DNA of 64,000 nt from Dicyema japonicum (taxonomy: Eukaryota; Animalia; Dicyemida), in the NCBI GenBank assembly GCA_011109175.1, contig RDEW01000005.1, forward strand, positions 434,001 through 498,000, in the 5' to 3' direction. Every line of letters starts with the position of its first letter. Within the stretch, counting starts at the first letter, position 1. Under the pieces are notes generated by a model. That model made no database searches, was not told the DNA's origin, and saw nothing but the letters and a program-made list of their open reading frames with translations. Positions 11,194 through 23,561 of this stretch are shown here, piece after piece. Made by a program: the position numbers and the translations under genes.

Positions 11194-12640
11194 CAGTCGA
11201 ATCCCGCCCCAATAAAACCCCCGCCTTGGGCACCCTCGCTTTTTGGGGCGATTTTATTTTTTAGTACATTTTCCATCAATAATTTCCAAATTTGGAAATT
11301 ATCAAAATCCCAGTATGGGGCACTTTACTAATTTATTTATAATAATAGGTTTATTTAAAGGAAAAAGGAAAAAGAATAGTTAATTTTAATTCAGCTGTTG
11401 GGAGATGCACAAGCTATTCCCACGGACAACAGCCAACGAGAGCCTCTCCTTGAGCCATCTCGTCTCACGAAGATCACCAAATTTATTTTAATATTTTATT
11501 ACATAATATATTTTGAATAATATTATTTTTGAACACGTGATAATTGTCTTTGTGTAATGCCTTCCAAAATTTCTATTGAAACAAAAATTAAAATTGCAAA
11601 GTGTCTACAAACTTCTTCTGAAAGAGAAGTTGCAAAAAAATTCAAGATAAGCAAAGGCACTATTTCCCGAATCAAAAAAAACATTTCTTCTTTCATTAAT
11701 ACCGGATCAGTCATTTCAAGATTAGTTCATGAAGTTGAACCAGTTTCTAATGAATTCAATCAATTTGAAAAACGAAAAAAATATCGACAAAATTGAATTA
11801 TTCAACATCTTTTAAAGCCTCAAACGGTTGGTTAGACAGATTTAAGAATAGACATGATCTGATTTTTAAAGCCATTTGTGGTGAAAAAAATTCAGCAGAT
11901 AAAAATTACAAATTTTTTCTTTCAATTCGATAATTTGTTGAAAACTTACATAAACTTCCTAATGAATTTTATGCTCAATTTGGAAGAAGATACAACAATT
12001 AATCTTAAATCTTTGAAAAATATAGATATGCGACAGATTATGGTACTTGTTAAAAAAGCGTGGATGGAAGTTAAAGAAACAACAATAATTAATTGTCGGA
12101 AGAAAATTGAGGAAAATAGAGAAGAATCAGTTGAAGATAAAAATTGTGGGAAAGAAATAGTAACTGAGGTAATATCTGAAGAAAACGAAGATCTAGTCAA
12201 GAGTTGCGAGTTTTATAAAGGAGTTGACACAGAGGACAAAACCAAGATATCAGAAACTTATGAAATGATGGATAAGTTAGAAAATGTAGCTCAAATACAT
12301 CCTTTGAGACATTACAAAAATATTATGAGTTTAGATTTCAACTTGGAAAAGATAAAGAAATAAGAAAAATTTGAAATTGACTGATTATTAAAAAAATGCT
12401 TTAAAAATAATGATTTGTTAATTAATAAAAATCGAATAAAAACATAGAATAGAAATATATCAAACTATAGAGCAAAAAATCACAACTTATTTTATAAACA
12501 CTTTGGAAGAGGTGAACAAGTTTTTTAGTAAACAAAAATTTAAGTTAAATCAACCATAAATCAATAGTTTGAACCAAACCCCGATTTTGGAGGGCACCCC
12601 GCTTTTTGGGCACTTTGATGCCCCAAAAAGCGGGGTTCTG
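11194..12640 (+). mobile_element. pogo/Tigger-type DNA transposon, internally deleted
   Basis: TA flanks at 11192-93 and 12641-42; ends CAGTCGAATCCCG...CGGGGTTCTG; HTH ORF 11557-11796; FKASNGWLDRFKNRH motif; most of the DDE domain is absent. Removing it restores the LINE sequence. Confidence 0.85.
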
Positions 12641-14279
12641 TATGTTCTACCGGGAGATGTCGCTTTGGGGATCTATCGAACAAAGAAGACATATTCCTGT
12701 GGACCGAACGAGATTCCGATTATTCTGTTGAAAAAGATGGGTACAGTGGGAGTTCAGCACCAACATACATCTTCAACTACTCAATCAATTTCAACTGGAT
12801 TCTCGCTAAATAGAAACTTTCGAATATTCATCCAATACTAAAGCCAGGGTAACCAAGGGAGGACCCTGCTTCTTACAGGCCTTTGTCTCTCCTGTGCGTC
12901 CAGACAAGAATTTTAGAAAGGATGATTATGACACTCAAACAACATTCTCTTCCGGATGCCAGTTTTCAGCATAGTTTTGAAAAAGAGGCTCAACTATCAC
13001 ACACCTAAATACATTAAAAAAGTTCATAACAGATAGCCTTAACAGAAGACAAGGACAGAAAAGACGATTGTATGCTCAATTAATATCCAGAAGGTTTTTG
13101 ACTCGGTTTCAAGGAAGATTATCACGCACAAAATATATTCGTCGAACATTGACGCAAATCTGAAATTATGGTTGGGAAATTTCTTGAGTGGTCGACGAGT
13201 ACACTATGGCAATTGATGTTCCGGATCGAGACTATTAGCAAATGGCGTTCCCAGGGCTCTCCATTATCTCCCCTATTGTTCAACGTTATGATGGATGACT
13301 TGCCACTCCCTCAGGGGGACGATGACATATTATTAACGTATGCTGATGATATAGTGATTGCCTCGAGGGATGTGAGTATTGTGGAAGCAACGAGAAGAAT
13401 ACAGGACAATATGAATAAATTAAGTTTATGGCTTTGGGAAATCAATTGACTGCTAGCCCGGAGAAGTCGGTGTTGACTTTATTTACAACAAACAGAAGAC
13501 TAGGGAAAGTATGAATTGACGTCACACTGGATAAGAAGATTATCCCGCAAAACAAATACCAGAAAATCCTGGAGTCACCTTGGACACTTTCTTAACTTTT
13601 ACAAAACATGTCGAAAATATGTTATTGTCTTGTACAAGGAAAATCAACTTCCTGAAGGCGTTCTTGGGAAACCTAAAAGACAAAAGATCTGAGTGGACTG
13701 GATGTCATACACAGACAGTTCATCGAGGCTACAATAGGATGCGCATGTAATGTCTGGGGATCTAACTTTTCTACAACGAATTTGAACAGAATATGCAACA
13801 TTCAACTGAAGACAGCAAACCTACTAAGGAAATATTCCCGAGTGGAAATCCTCCCTAAAAACCTAAAAAATATGATAGAAGCGACAGTGCCTTTGAAAGA
13901 CTCGGTCCATATCGGAAATGTGCAGAAACGCAGTGATCACCTAATTTTTTTTTATTTTGGATATGAAAATGATTTTTTGGTTCAATAAAATAAATAAATA
14001 AAATTTTTGGTAGGCATAGCACAAACAGAACATCTGCTTGTGCTGTAAACTCAATCCCCCAGTTGTCCATTACAGGTTTCCGCATCAGAAGAGAGGTATT
14101 CCTCTTAGATTTTCATTACACGTCCTACCCTCGCGGACATCACTTCATTCTTCGGCTGTAGAGTTTTCATAATGTAATATTCGCAAGAGGATTTAGTCAG
14201 GGACCATTTATAAAGCACAATTTGTAGCACTTCAAAGTATTTTTTATTAAAGACAATTATTTAACAAAGAAACAATTGT

Positions 14280-15240
14280 TAATTGAGGAAGTCTGCTGCG
14301 TGGATCGAGAATGAGTTGCCTCGGAGTATGGCCACTCAAATCCTTTGTCTCAACTAGACCCTTCTCGTTAATCTTTTTTTCTGGAAGCATTCCTCCAAGT
14401 TCGCTCAAGAACTCAGCTGTCATTGGACCAACGGCTTTTGATGACTAGACCACAACAGGAGTAATTCGGTATTGGTCTCCGAGGCAAGAATATTTCTTGA
14501 TTTTTAGTTTTTCCGCAATTTAAGCGCTGCTCCAGGTGTCTGAACTGATTTAAAAAAGTTCGTGCTTGAATATGTGTCAACACAAGTTGCGTCCCAGACC
14601 AAAGATCTTCCGGATGTGTAAGGGAAAAGAGTCATCCCGTCAGGTCTCATTCCATCTCTTTGATCGAAACCCACGGGTTTAAACTGTGATGGGAATCCTG
14701 TAGTTTTCAGAGCTCTGACGATCACATCGTTCAGAGCAGTGTGACGTGGTCCTCTTCGGGCGCTTCTTCTGCAAGACAAAAAGTGCAATCCCTTCGCATC
14801 GACTATTTTCCCACAGCGGCATCGATACTACTGGCAGACGTTTAGTCCTAGCCTTTGTCCGATTCCAACCCTCAAAGATTCGTCCTCTGAAAAAGTCCCT
14901 AGGTTTGGGCAAGGTATTGCACAAATTCATGCTCTACTCCTTCCACTTGAAGCTGACACCAAACAAGCCAGACGATGTTGATTTGCTTTTTTAAGGTCTT
15001 CTAAAATTTTAGAGCAGACAATGTTATCCCAATTACGTTGCTTCGTTGTGTCTTCAGGAATTTTGAATCCGGACCCATTCCATTTCCAACAAGCTTCGTC
15101 AAACGACTCATTCCAGCGAAGCCCAATATTGATCTAAGGACTTGTCGTGGAAATGGCAGCAGCTTGAGAGAGACGATAGATATGCCGGGTACGCAACCTC
15201 CAAAGTATTTCACTATTAAAAAGAATGTCAACTGTCTGTT
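14280..15240 (-). mobile_element. CRE-like non-LTR retrotransposon, 3' part (Zn knuckle plus REL endonuclease)
   Basis: CRCGKIVDAKGLHFLSC...RHTALNDVI...RPDGMTLFPYTSGRSLVWDATCVDT...VAILRGNSFSI*. Confidence 0.85.
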
Positions 15241-15899
15241 ACATCTATAATCATATAGCTTTTTTTCATATTAGTGTCTGAAATTTCTGCCTGTTCTCTT
15301 TAAAACAACTTTTTTATTTCTTTCAACACAACATGTTACAGGGATCCGATTAAAGCATATTAGTCACTTCCTGTTATATTTGGAATTTCCTGTTAAATTA
15401 TGCTAGTAAATCATTATCTTCTTGTCTATGCGTAAAATATTTCTTTACTTACGCTGGATCTCCCACAAAATCTATCTCTTAAGTGTTTTATTTAGTGAAA
15501 TTTTTTTCAGCTGCGACTCTTTGATCAACCGAATAGTGTTCTTAATGAGTCACGTGTAAATGTGGTAATTGATTGCGTTTGTAGAATCCCCTCACATTCA
15601 AAAAAACTAATTATATACGGCATCGTAATTTTCGAATTAGTATTTTATCGCAACAAACCGACTTCCTCGTCTATAAATTATCTACCTGTAGTAACAACAT
15701 CTGGAGGACATTCGATGTCTATGAAAAGTTACAGCACTTTAATTGATGCAATTACTCCACTTCTATTAGAAGAGTTTACCCAACTAACTCTTATTGCTCA
15801 TTTCACATAAGTGTCAGTCATTTAGCATTCATTTGAATGTTCTCACGACAAGCATACGCCAGTTCCTCTTCATCGGAAACCTTTATCCTATGTTTGTGT

Positions 15900-16230
15900 T
15901 CATTAGAATGCTTTCGAAAGTCCTTTTGAACACAACTAATTGGACGTAACTCTTTGTTGCTCCTTTAATAGTTTATCCATATAATTCTTGACAAGCGGGA
16001 TATCTTTACTTCAATTATTATTAATGCCTCACTTAATAGAAGTTACCATCTAACAGGGAACTCAAAAAGAAAATACCTATTTATCCTGAAAATTCATTTA
16101 ATTCCTTCAAGTCAAAAGACTACATCTCCTGGAAAAACCTAGTTTTGAAATGACAATCAATAAATCGCAGGGACAGTCTTTAATGATAGTAGGTATAGAA
16201 ACATTGTTTTTGACATAAACAACTATCAAG
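15900..16230 (+). mobile_element. Helitron/PIF1 helicase C-terminal remnant
   Basis: Degraded frame containing FEMTINKSQGQSLMIVGI. Confidence 0.75.
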
Positions 16231-16564
16231 GGTAGGTTCTAATTTTATTATTTGATAATGGGAATCGAACCCACAATCGACTACTATGCTAGCTGATAAT
16301 TTTGAAAACCCGATTTTTTTGAATTATATTGAAATTTATTTCCAAAGACCACAGTTAAAGACAAAAACAAGAAATTGTGTGATCCCGGCGAATTTCAATA
16401 GGGCTCTCAGCTTGGTCGGGTGGTCTTCCCTTGATCCAATACAAGCACGAATTATATTATATTTTAATGCCTGAATGATTAACAATTTATATAATTTATA
16501 TTTTTAATGTTTTATAAGAATTTATATTAATTTAAATTTTCCATGTGTTTATATAATATCGCTT

Positions 16565-16989
16565 ATGAGTCGGGTGGATCAGCTTACGAACAATTTAAAC
16601 AACAAGTTCCAGTGTGAGATGAATACTATCGAAAAGTCCTACGTCAGGAAATTGATGCTAAGTGGGTCATTTTAAATTTACTCAAAGATGTACAAGTGTG
16701 TATCAAATTGTTATGATAACAGCGAATGGTCGGAGTCACAAGTAAATAACTGCGTTCAGGTCTGTTCCCGACCATTGGAAGAGATCAAGGCTTTCATGGA
16801 CTCTGAAGTTGACCTTTTCCTAGTAAACTTGTTGAATATAACCTTTAGAAAAAAATTAAGCATTGTTATGATGGTTGTGAGTATAGTGGATCAAATTCAG
16901 AGGAATGTTATTTAAGGTGTATTAATGATGCTGACAAACAGATTACCCCGGTTATTAATAATATTAGAAATAAAATAAAAGATTTATAA
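16565..16989 (+). CDS. FAM136A: FAM136A-like small Cys-rich protein (3 exons)
   Basis: EKSYVRKLM..MYKCVSNCYDN...QVNNCVQVCSRPLEEIKAFMDSEVDLF|KKIKHCYDGC...CYLRC, with CX3C pairs and two ~26-nt introns (first junction needs an indel). Confidence 0.8.
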
Positions 16990-17044
16990 TTTTATTAATT
17001 AAATGCTCATTTATTATTTTATTTTTCTTTTAGCAAATTTATGA

Positions 17045-18420
17045 GGCACGTGTAAATGTATCTGGAGGTGTCATTGGATCCATTTGACAAGATGACGCCC
17101 AATACTTGGTCGCCATCAAAAAAGGATCATTCTCTTCCATACTCTAAAATTTACCATCTCTGATAAATCCGTAAAGCGTGTCATACCGGTTCTTCAACAC
17201 GATTCATTAATACGGTCCAGGCTTTGTTGCAATCTTGTTCGGATGTCCCAATCGCCTTGAGTTGTGACGACGTCGTTAGGATAATTAAGAAGAATATCAT
17301 TTTAGACTACCAGTGTAGGGAGATCGGCCATGAATAGGTTGAACAACAAAAGTGACAAAGGGGATCCTTGGGGGACATCATTCGGAAGAAGGTGAGAAAT
17401 AGATTTTGACAGTCCAATGCAGACACATCCCCTCCGACCGCTAAGGAGGTTAGGTAACCAGATTTTAAACTTCCCAGTAATTTTTGTTTGGTAAATTTCC
17501 CAAGTAAGAATCTTCCTCGACACAGCGTCGAAAGCTTTATGGACGTCAATAGAGCAAAGTACATTCTTTTGGTTTCCCGGACCTGTATGAAAAATCATAA
17601 CGCATAAGGTAGGCAAGACTGATGGTGAGTCAAAGTAGACCCCTCCTCTTTAAAACCATGTTGAAATGAAAATCTTTGACAAACCAGCCATTCCAAAACT
17701 TTCTACATCGAACATATTAACGCGACCAGGTTTCTATGAAGCCGTTTTTCCAGGTTTCAAAATTGGAAGGAGGTGTGCAAGTTTCCACAAGGCTGGAATA
17801 GATTTTTATTAATTGGTTGCATTTCCTCGTCAATTCAGTGATTTCATAATCATCAAGATTCTTTAGGAGGATCATTGGTATTTAGTCATGTCCGCTGAGT
17901 AGGTTGTTTTATGAGTTTCAATATATTTTTCGTGTCGTTGAAGTAAATCATATCTAGTTCCCTCTTCGGTTTACTGAGATATACGGAGGTACATCCAACG
18001 TCTTATGGTGGGATATTTTTACGTAATATTTTTCAAGTTATTGGAATCCATTGGGCTGTGATCCTCTTCACATGATCTTTTTTCTTCTCTTGAGACGTCT
18101 CGAATAGTCTTCAACTTCTGCAGTTGATCTATTTCGGTTCAAAGACGAAAGTACATGCATGCATTTCGATTTTGTGATTTGAGCTCCCAGGTTTTTATTT
18201 CATCGTTCAAATCCCTCAGCCAAGGCTTTTCCTCGTTAGTTGATCGGACAAACTTTATGACTCAATTCCTTCTTAAAGATGTCTCCCTCAGAAAACGATA
18301 CCAATTTTCCCAAGCTAAATGAATAATCTACGACCGAACTAAGAGTATTTATGAATCCCCAAATAATTTGAATTTTAGTGACATGGGAATTACAGACTGG
18401 AGAATTCCCGCCATCAAAAC
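17045..18420 (-). mobile_element. Ingi/Vingi-like LINE, degraded copy
   Basis: CSIDVHKAFDAV...PNDVPQGSPLSLLLFNLFMADLP; YADD degraded to YPND. Confidence 0.85.
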
Positions 18421-19449
18421 AACCAAATTCTAAAATGTATTAACAACCGAACCATTCCCGATAAATCCATAATACGTGTCATCACGAAAAAATTGTCCCC
18501 TAAAATTCGAAATATTAAGAGTAATATGAATCACAATTGATTTACAGTAGTAGTGATTGTTAAACATATTTGTTTGAATTTGGAAAATTTGTTTGAACTT
18601 TCGATTTTCATGTCGTTTTGGGTTGATAAAGAAATGCAATAATTTTGAATCCTCTGTGAACTAATCTAGTCACAATGCCAATCCAAAATTCGGGTCTTTG
18701 TAAATCAAATATAATGTGATTTTCTTTTACAAACATAAAATCAAACATAAAAAGTGTCCAAATTTATAAAATCCAAACATAAAATGAGTTTCGTCAAATG
18801 TATAATGTTTTATCTAATATTGTGGAATATATATTACAGTATTATCCCGAGTATATGTCAATGTTATATCCCCACTTATTAAAGCTGTTCCCCTCTATGA
18901 AATACCAGTACGGGACACTTGGGTCATTGTCTGGATTGCACTCAGTAACTAAATTTGCTATAGGGAAGTTTAGTTTGTCTGTAATCTTGGATTTTCAAGG
19001 AATTTAATGAGACATTAATTTGACCCAGAAAACTCATAAATATGTTTGCACATCTGTAATAGCCACCATGATATATTTTATCAATTAAAATACTTTTACG
19101 GTATTCCACTGTAAATATTAAATTTAAAATTACAATACATAAAGTAAAAATCCAAATTTATTGAATAATAATCTCCGAAATCCTTGAGAGATGTTGCAAA
19201 TTAGGATTTCCTAAAGAAAATACATGAGAATAAATTCTATTGCCAAAATCGATTGTTTTTTTGTAAATTTCACTGGTTGGTTTCTATAATTAACACATAC
19301 GTTTTGACGAATGTAGATTGACTATTGTATATAATATTACTTTGCTCTCAATTTGTTTTATTACTGCGATGATAAAGATTAACAATTGCACAACATATTC
19401 TCAACCTTGTAACTAATTATTAAAATATATTAAACATCCACGCTTTTAT

Positions 19450-20150
19450 CTTGTTTCTGTTATTGGGCAATTAGTCAATTTTATAAGATTTTAATGAGAA
19501 ACAATAATTGCATGGGATATTCTAAATATTAAATGCATCTACAAAGTGCAAGTTGGAATGTCCAATTTTGCGAGAAACGACAACTTAAAATCAACCAGAC
19601 CATCTTATGAAGTATAAAATTCTTTTAATTAACAAATTGTGGAGAGGCACAGACAATTGCCTAAAATCTTATAAAGCCATGTTCAAAAAAAGATCATCGA
19701 GTGTATTTATGGCGAACAAATTTTGACGGTCATCCGTAAATAAAAATAACATTACATGCTTTGCCGTTCTACGAGAGTATCTTGGTGAATCAAAATGAAC
19801 ATTGGACAATACATTACTTCAGGACATCAAAGATCATTTGGTAATTTTGGATGATTACATTGCGAAATATTTTCCGGATAAATTTGATGACGATTGTGTT
19901 CAAAATCTATTCGAAGTAAAAGTAATACCAACATCAATTGAAAATGAAGATATTGATTTCAAATCAGATATATAAAATGAATCCCTTTTTAATTTTCGGA
20001 GAGCATACATTTCAAAATATCCTGATATCTCAGAAAAGGGTACACTCACCTTTTCCAGCGACTTACTTATGCGAGTCGGGTTTTCAATGTATACATCTAC
20101 CAAAATGTTCGCATTAAAACTGTTTTTGGTTATTACGATTATATTTTAAG
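19450..20150 (+). mobile_element. hAT (Buster/Charlie, FAM200-like) transposase remnant
   Basis: IKDHLVILDDYIAKYFP...YPDISEKG...MRVGFSMYTSTK resembles the hAT C-terminal dimerisation region; many stops. Confidence 0.7.
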
Positions 20151-20338
20151 TGAAAATTGTAATAATTGAATTGGAAGGGTTCCACAAAAAATAAATTATT
20201 GGAAGGTGTCTTGTCGCAACTAGATGTAACATCGATTCCCAAACCGCTACTTGACTGGTCGAAGGCCGATTCTATTTTTAAGGCGAAACAATAGTGTTAG
20301 AAAATTATTAAATCGACAAAATCAAATAATGTGACTTA

Positions 20339-21560
20339 TTAATAGTAATAGTGAATATTCTGATCACAGTGGTTTGTTCGATAATTATGTTGTATGCGCA
20401 CTTCTTGTAGATGCTCAAAGGAATGCTGAGAAGTTTGTGCCTCAGTCAAATATTTGTTCATTTCGATAATGCACTGCAATGAAAACCTCAAAGAAGCTTC
20501 AATGGCATATGGCCCAAATTTATGGGTCATCAAGTCGAACCTAGACATTCCGTTTATGTCGTATGTATTTATCTCAGGATATTGTCCCATCTCATCAATT
20601 TCAGTGCGATTGTTGTTTATTATTCTGATAAAGTTTTCCATTAATTTTCTAAATGTGACACCATGATCAAACTGGCAGTGCACTCCGAAAGAAACCATAT
20701 TTTTGTAATCCAACACAAACTCAGAATTCTGAAGCAAACTATCGGCCAGGATTACTCCATAGTTGGTTGCAGATATGGTGGATTCACATAACTGCTCATA
20801 ATGCATTGCAAGCGTCTTTGCTTCCCCTAAATTACTCCAAATTCATTTCACCTTCCAATAAACTTGTAAATGAAGTTATTTGAGCTCCTCTCCTTCTCCC
20901 AGGCTGCAATACAAGTCCCTTGGTTGCTAGAGCTCGTCGAAGTTGAAGTCCTCCGTTTTTGGATTTCGCTCTACAAGATGAGGTCGTTCAAAGTTTGAGA
21001 ATATTAAAGAGAACATACCTTCTAAGAAGTCCCCCAAGCAAGGAAGCATTGAATGTTTCTGGGAATGAAATCCTTCTTTTTATTTCACTTTCAGTCACTA
21101 CGTATTTTGTCGATCCATTTAATAAGGATAGTCGTCCTGAAACTTTGAATTTTAGCTTTCGGCCTTCAGTTTTGTTTTCTCAGGAAGCATTTGTGCCTGG
21201 TCTGTTAAATAAAGAATATTCAATACACGTGACCGGTTGGGACATTACGATATTTTCTACAAACTCGTTTTGGTGTTGGTAGGTGACTTTATAGGACTGA
21301 GAAAATGGTTGGTGGAGGTTGGTTAAATGTCCAGTGTAGTTGAATATCCTTTGGTTTTCCATGTTTTTTGATGGCCTCGTTTGCACGTGAAATATCTCTC
21401 CATTGGTGAAGGATTCAGGTTCTGGAATATAAATGTGAGTAATGCGCAAAATTAATGTATTTTTGCTTTAAGCAATTTTTTGATTATTCAATTACCTTAA
21501 GCATTCTTCATTACTGACATAACAAGTCGTAAAATGATATCCAAACGTGCCGAATTTGTT
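20339..21560 (-). CDS. TFAP2: Transcription factor AP-2
   Basis: Spliced [50 protein letters not shown]...[20 protein letters not shown] and LMTHKFG match the AP-2 DNA-binding/HSH domain. The 5' end is uncertain. Confidence 0.92.
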
Positions 21561-23403
21561 GAATATTGACATTCTCCCTCATAAATTGGATATAAATTAG
21601 TTTCCCCGTGGGGTGTCCTTATTGATTAGCTTACATTCACAGCCATACCATCCGAGATGTCACAACTTTTAGTCCGAGAAATTTTAGAAAATTTGAAATT
21701 TGAGGAACCTTGCAAGAAGTTGATAAATATTCTCAGCTAACCTATCATGCCTTTCTATCTGAAGGCATTGATCACACGTGGGGATCTTTGGCAACCTCAA
21801 AGATGATCTCGTTTTTATGAATGACCAAAGTCGACACAAAACCCGAAGCAATGACACCTGCACATCTTCAGATCAATTCATTTGCTCCCTCGTTAGCGGA
21901 GTTTATTACATGAAAAGTGGAATAGGTTCTTCCTGAAATCACAGTTCTATCATCCTAAATGCTGAGGATTTCGATGGGACCACAGACGGTTGTTGTAATT
22001 CTCAAGTTCTCAGTTTTTCTGGAAGGTATTCGACAACTGTTCCTTTAATGAATTTAAAAGTTTAGTCATTTCGAGTATCAAAGGTGTATTTTTGTTTCGT
22101 TGTCCCCCTCCACATCAAGTCAGTCTTTTTTCCTCGGAAATACAATATGCCAGTTCAACATGTTGGTTGAAAGGAAAGATGAATTCTTCATCAGACGTCT
22201 TAATTTTACGTTAGTGTTTGATTACCGTGTTTTTCAGAATTTATTTCAAAACGACTAATTGGGTCTCCTCATTGCATTTTCTATGGATGACTTATTCTAT
22301 TAAGTCTTAGAGACAACTACATCCCAGGTCCTGTGGAATAATCTTAACTGGAGGTCGTAAGGAAACGAGATCTCTCTGACAAGTAGGTCACAGTTGTCTC
22401 AAATTGTTTGAGGAGGTCATGTGGAGTAATTCCAATTTCAATGAGGGTTATCCCATTGTTCATTTTGCCATACAATAATATACCGCATCTTTGTTTCAGT
22501 CATATTGAAGTACAAACTCATATTTTTACAATATGGGTCGATATTAGTGATATCTCTTTAACACCCTCGATCTTCTGATCTGATTGCATATTTTCTGCAG
22601 ATATGCAAATGGATGCTCCTCACAACTTAGTGTGTCGTGGAAAATAAATCACAGTTTAGCATTTGTGGATACACCAAGAAAGTATTTGTACCCATGGTCG
22701 CTAAAGCAGAAGTCCCTCCAATGTCACGCAAGTCCATCCACAACAACGGAAAGGAAAAAAATGTCCAATCCTTGAGCTGTGGGAATTCTTCCAGTAGAGC
22801 GGAGGAGACCAAATGGTCCTTTTTTGTAGGCAGTCTGGGCAGTGTTCCAGATAGTATGACTTCCGGTCCGAGGGATGTTCATAGGACTTGGCCGTTTTGA
22901 GAAAGTAGTGCTGGCGTTCTGTGAAGTATTCCACGATTCATCCAACGTTTGGTGTTTTTCGTAGCAAGATGCGTGAGTATGTTTCAACAATCTCAATAAT
23001 ATTCTAATACATAAGTTTTGTAACGCCTACTGTTTATTCTGTGTCGCTAGCGAGAACGGGGCAATCCATTTTCGCAGGCAAACACGATGCTCAGTAGAAC
23101 AAATTGTCCGTATAGAAACTCCAACGAAAGTATGGAAGACACCGGGGATATGAAAAAGCTTTAAGAATTCCAACTTTCTTTTGAATCCTCGAGGTCACCA
23201 GGTCCACTTGATGTGTGAATGATTACAATGGGTCAAGGGTAACTCCCAATATTACATAATAATAAAGCCTTATTAGTATTTATGGCTCCGCATAGGCAGG
23301 ACACACACTTTATTTAAGTAAAAAACAGTTATTATAACTATTCGTAGAGGGAGACTCTTCATTTCTTTGTTTTTTTCTTATGTGAGTGTCCTTTCTAGAC
23401 AAT

Positions 23404-23560
23404 CCAGTTCCGCAGTGAGTATCCACTGATGACGGCGTCACTCGTCAAACTTTTTCTGCATCGTAGATGCGTGGAACCTTCCACCAGGTGAACAGCAGCG
23501 AGAATCGAACCCGTGACCTAAGCCACTTTAGCCCGATACCTAACCACTAAGCCACCAGAA
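23404..23560 (-). mobile_element. tRNA-derived SINE, copy 1
   Basis: A box TGGCTTAGTGG, B box GGTTCGATTC, followed by a 75-nt core shared with 36768-36927. Confidence 0.8.
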
Positions 23561-23561
23561 T

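Larger units (their letters stand above)
10088..13990 (+). mobile_element. Ingi/Vingi-like LINE, copy 2 (5'-complete, interrupted by a pogo element)
   Basis: SKDVEMNPGP 2A motif, APE (VVSGDFNDKH), RT (SQGSPLSPLLFN, TYADD at ~13340), 3' GATCACCTAA at ~13936 and A/T-rich tail. Confidence 0.9.

Noticed and set aside
7262-15240. One CRE element split by the head-to-head LINE pair
   Set aside because: Both flanking CRE pieces contain their own C-terminal end, so they are independent copies.
18430-19110. Possible host gene with YYC/YYRC Ig-like motifs on the minus strand
   Set aside because: No consistent spliced frame could be built and there is no convincing domain pattern.
21700-22520. Long minus-strand frames interrupted mainly by TGA, suggesting TGA=Trp (mitovirus or NUMT)
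   Set aside because: TAA stops also occur, no RdRp or mitochondrial motifs are present, and host genes use TGA as a stop.
23420-23480. CTGATGA hammerhead-like core on the strand opposite the SINE
   Set aside because: No GAAA after a stem II (it reads CAAA) and no properly placed NUH with stem I; the motif is simply the antisense of the SINE hairpins.
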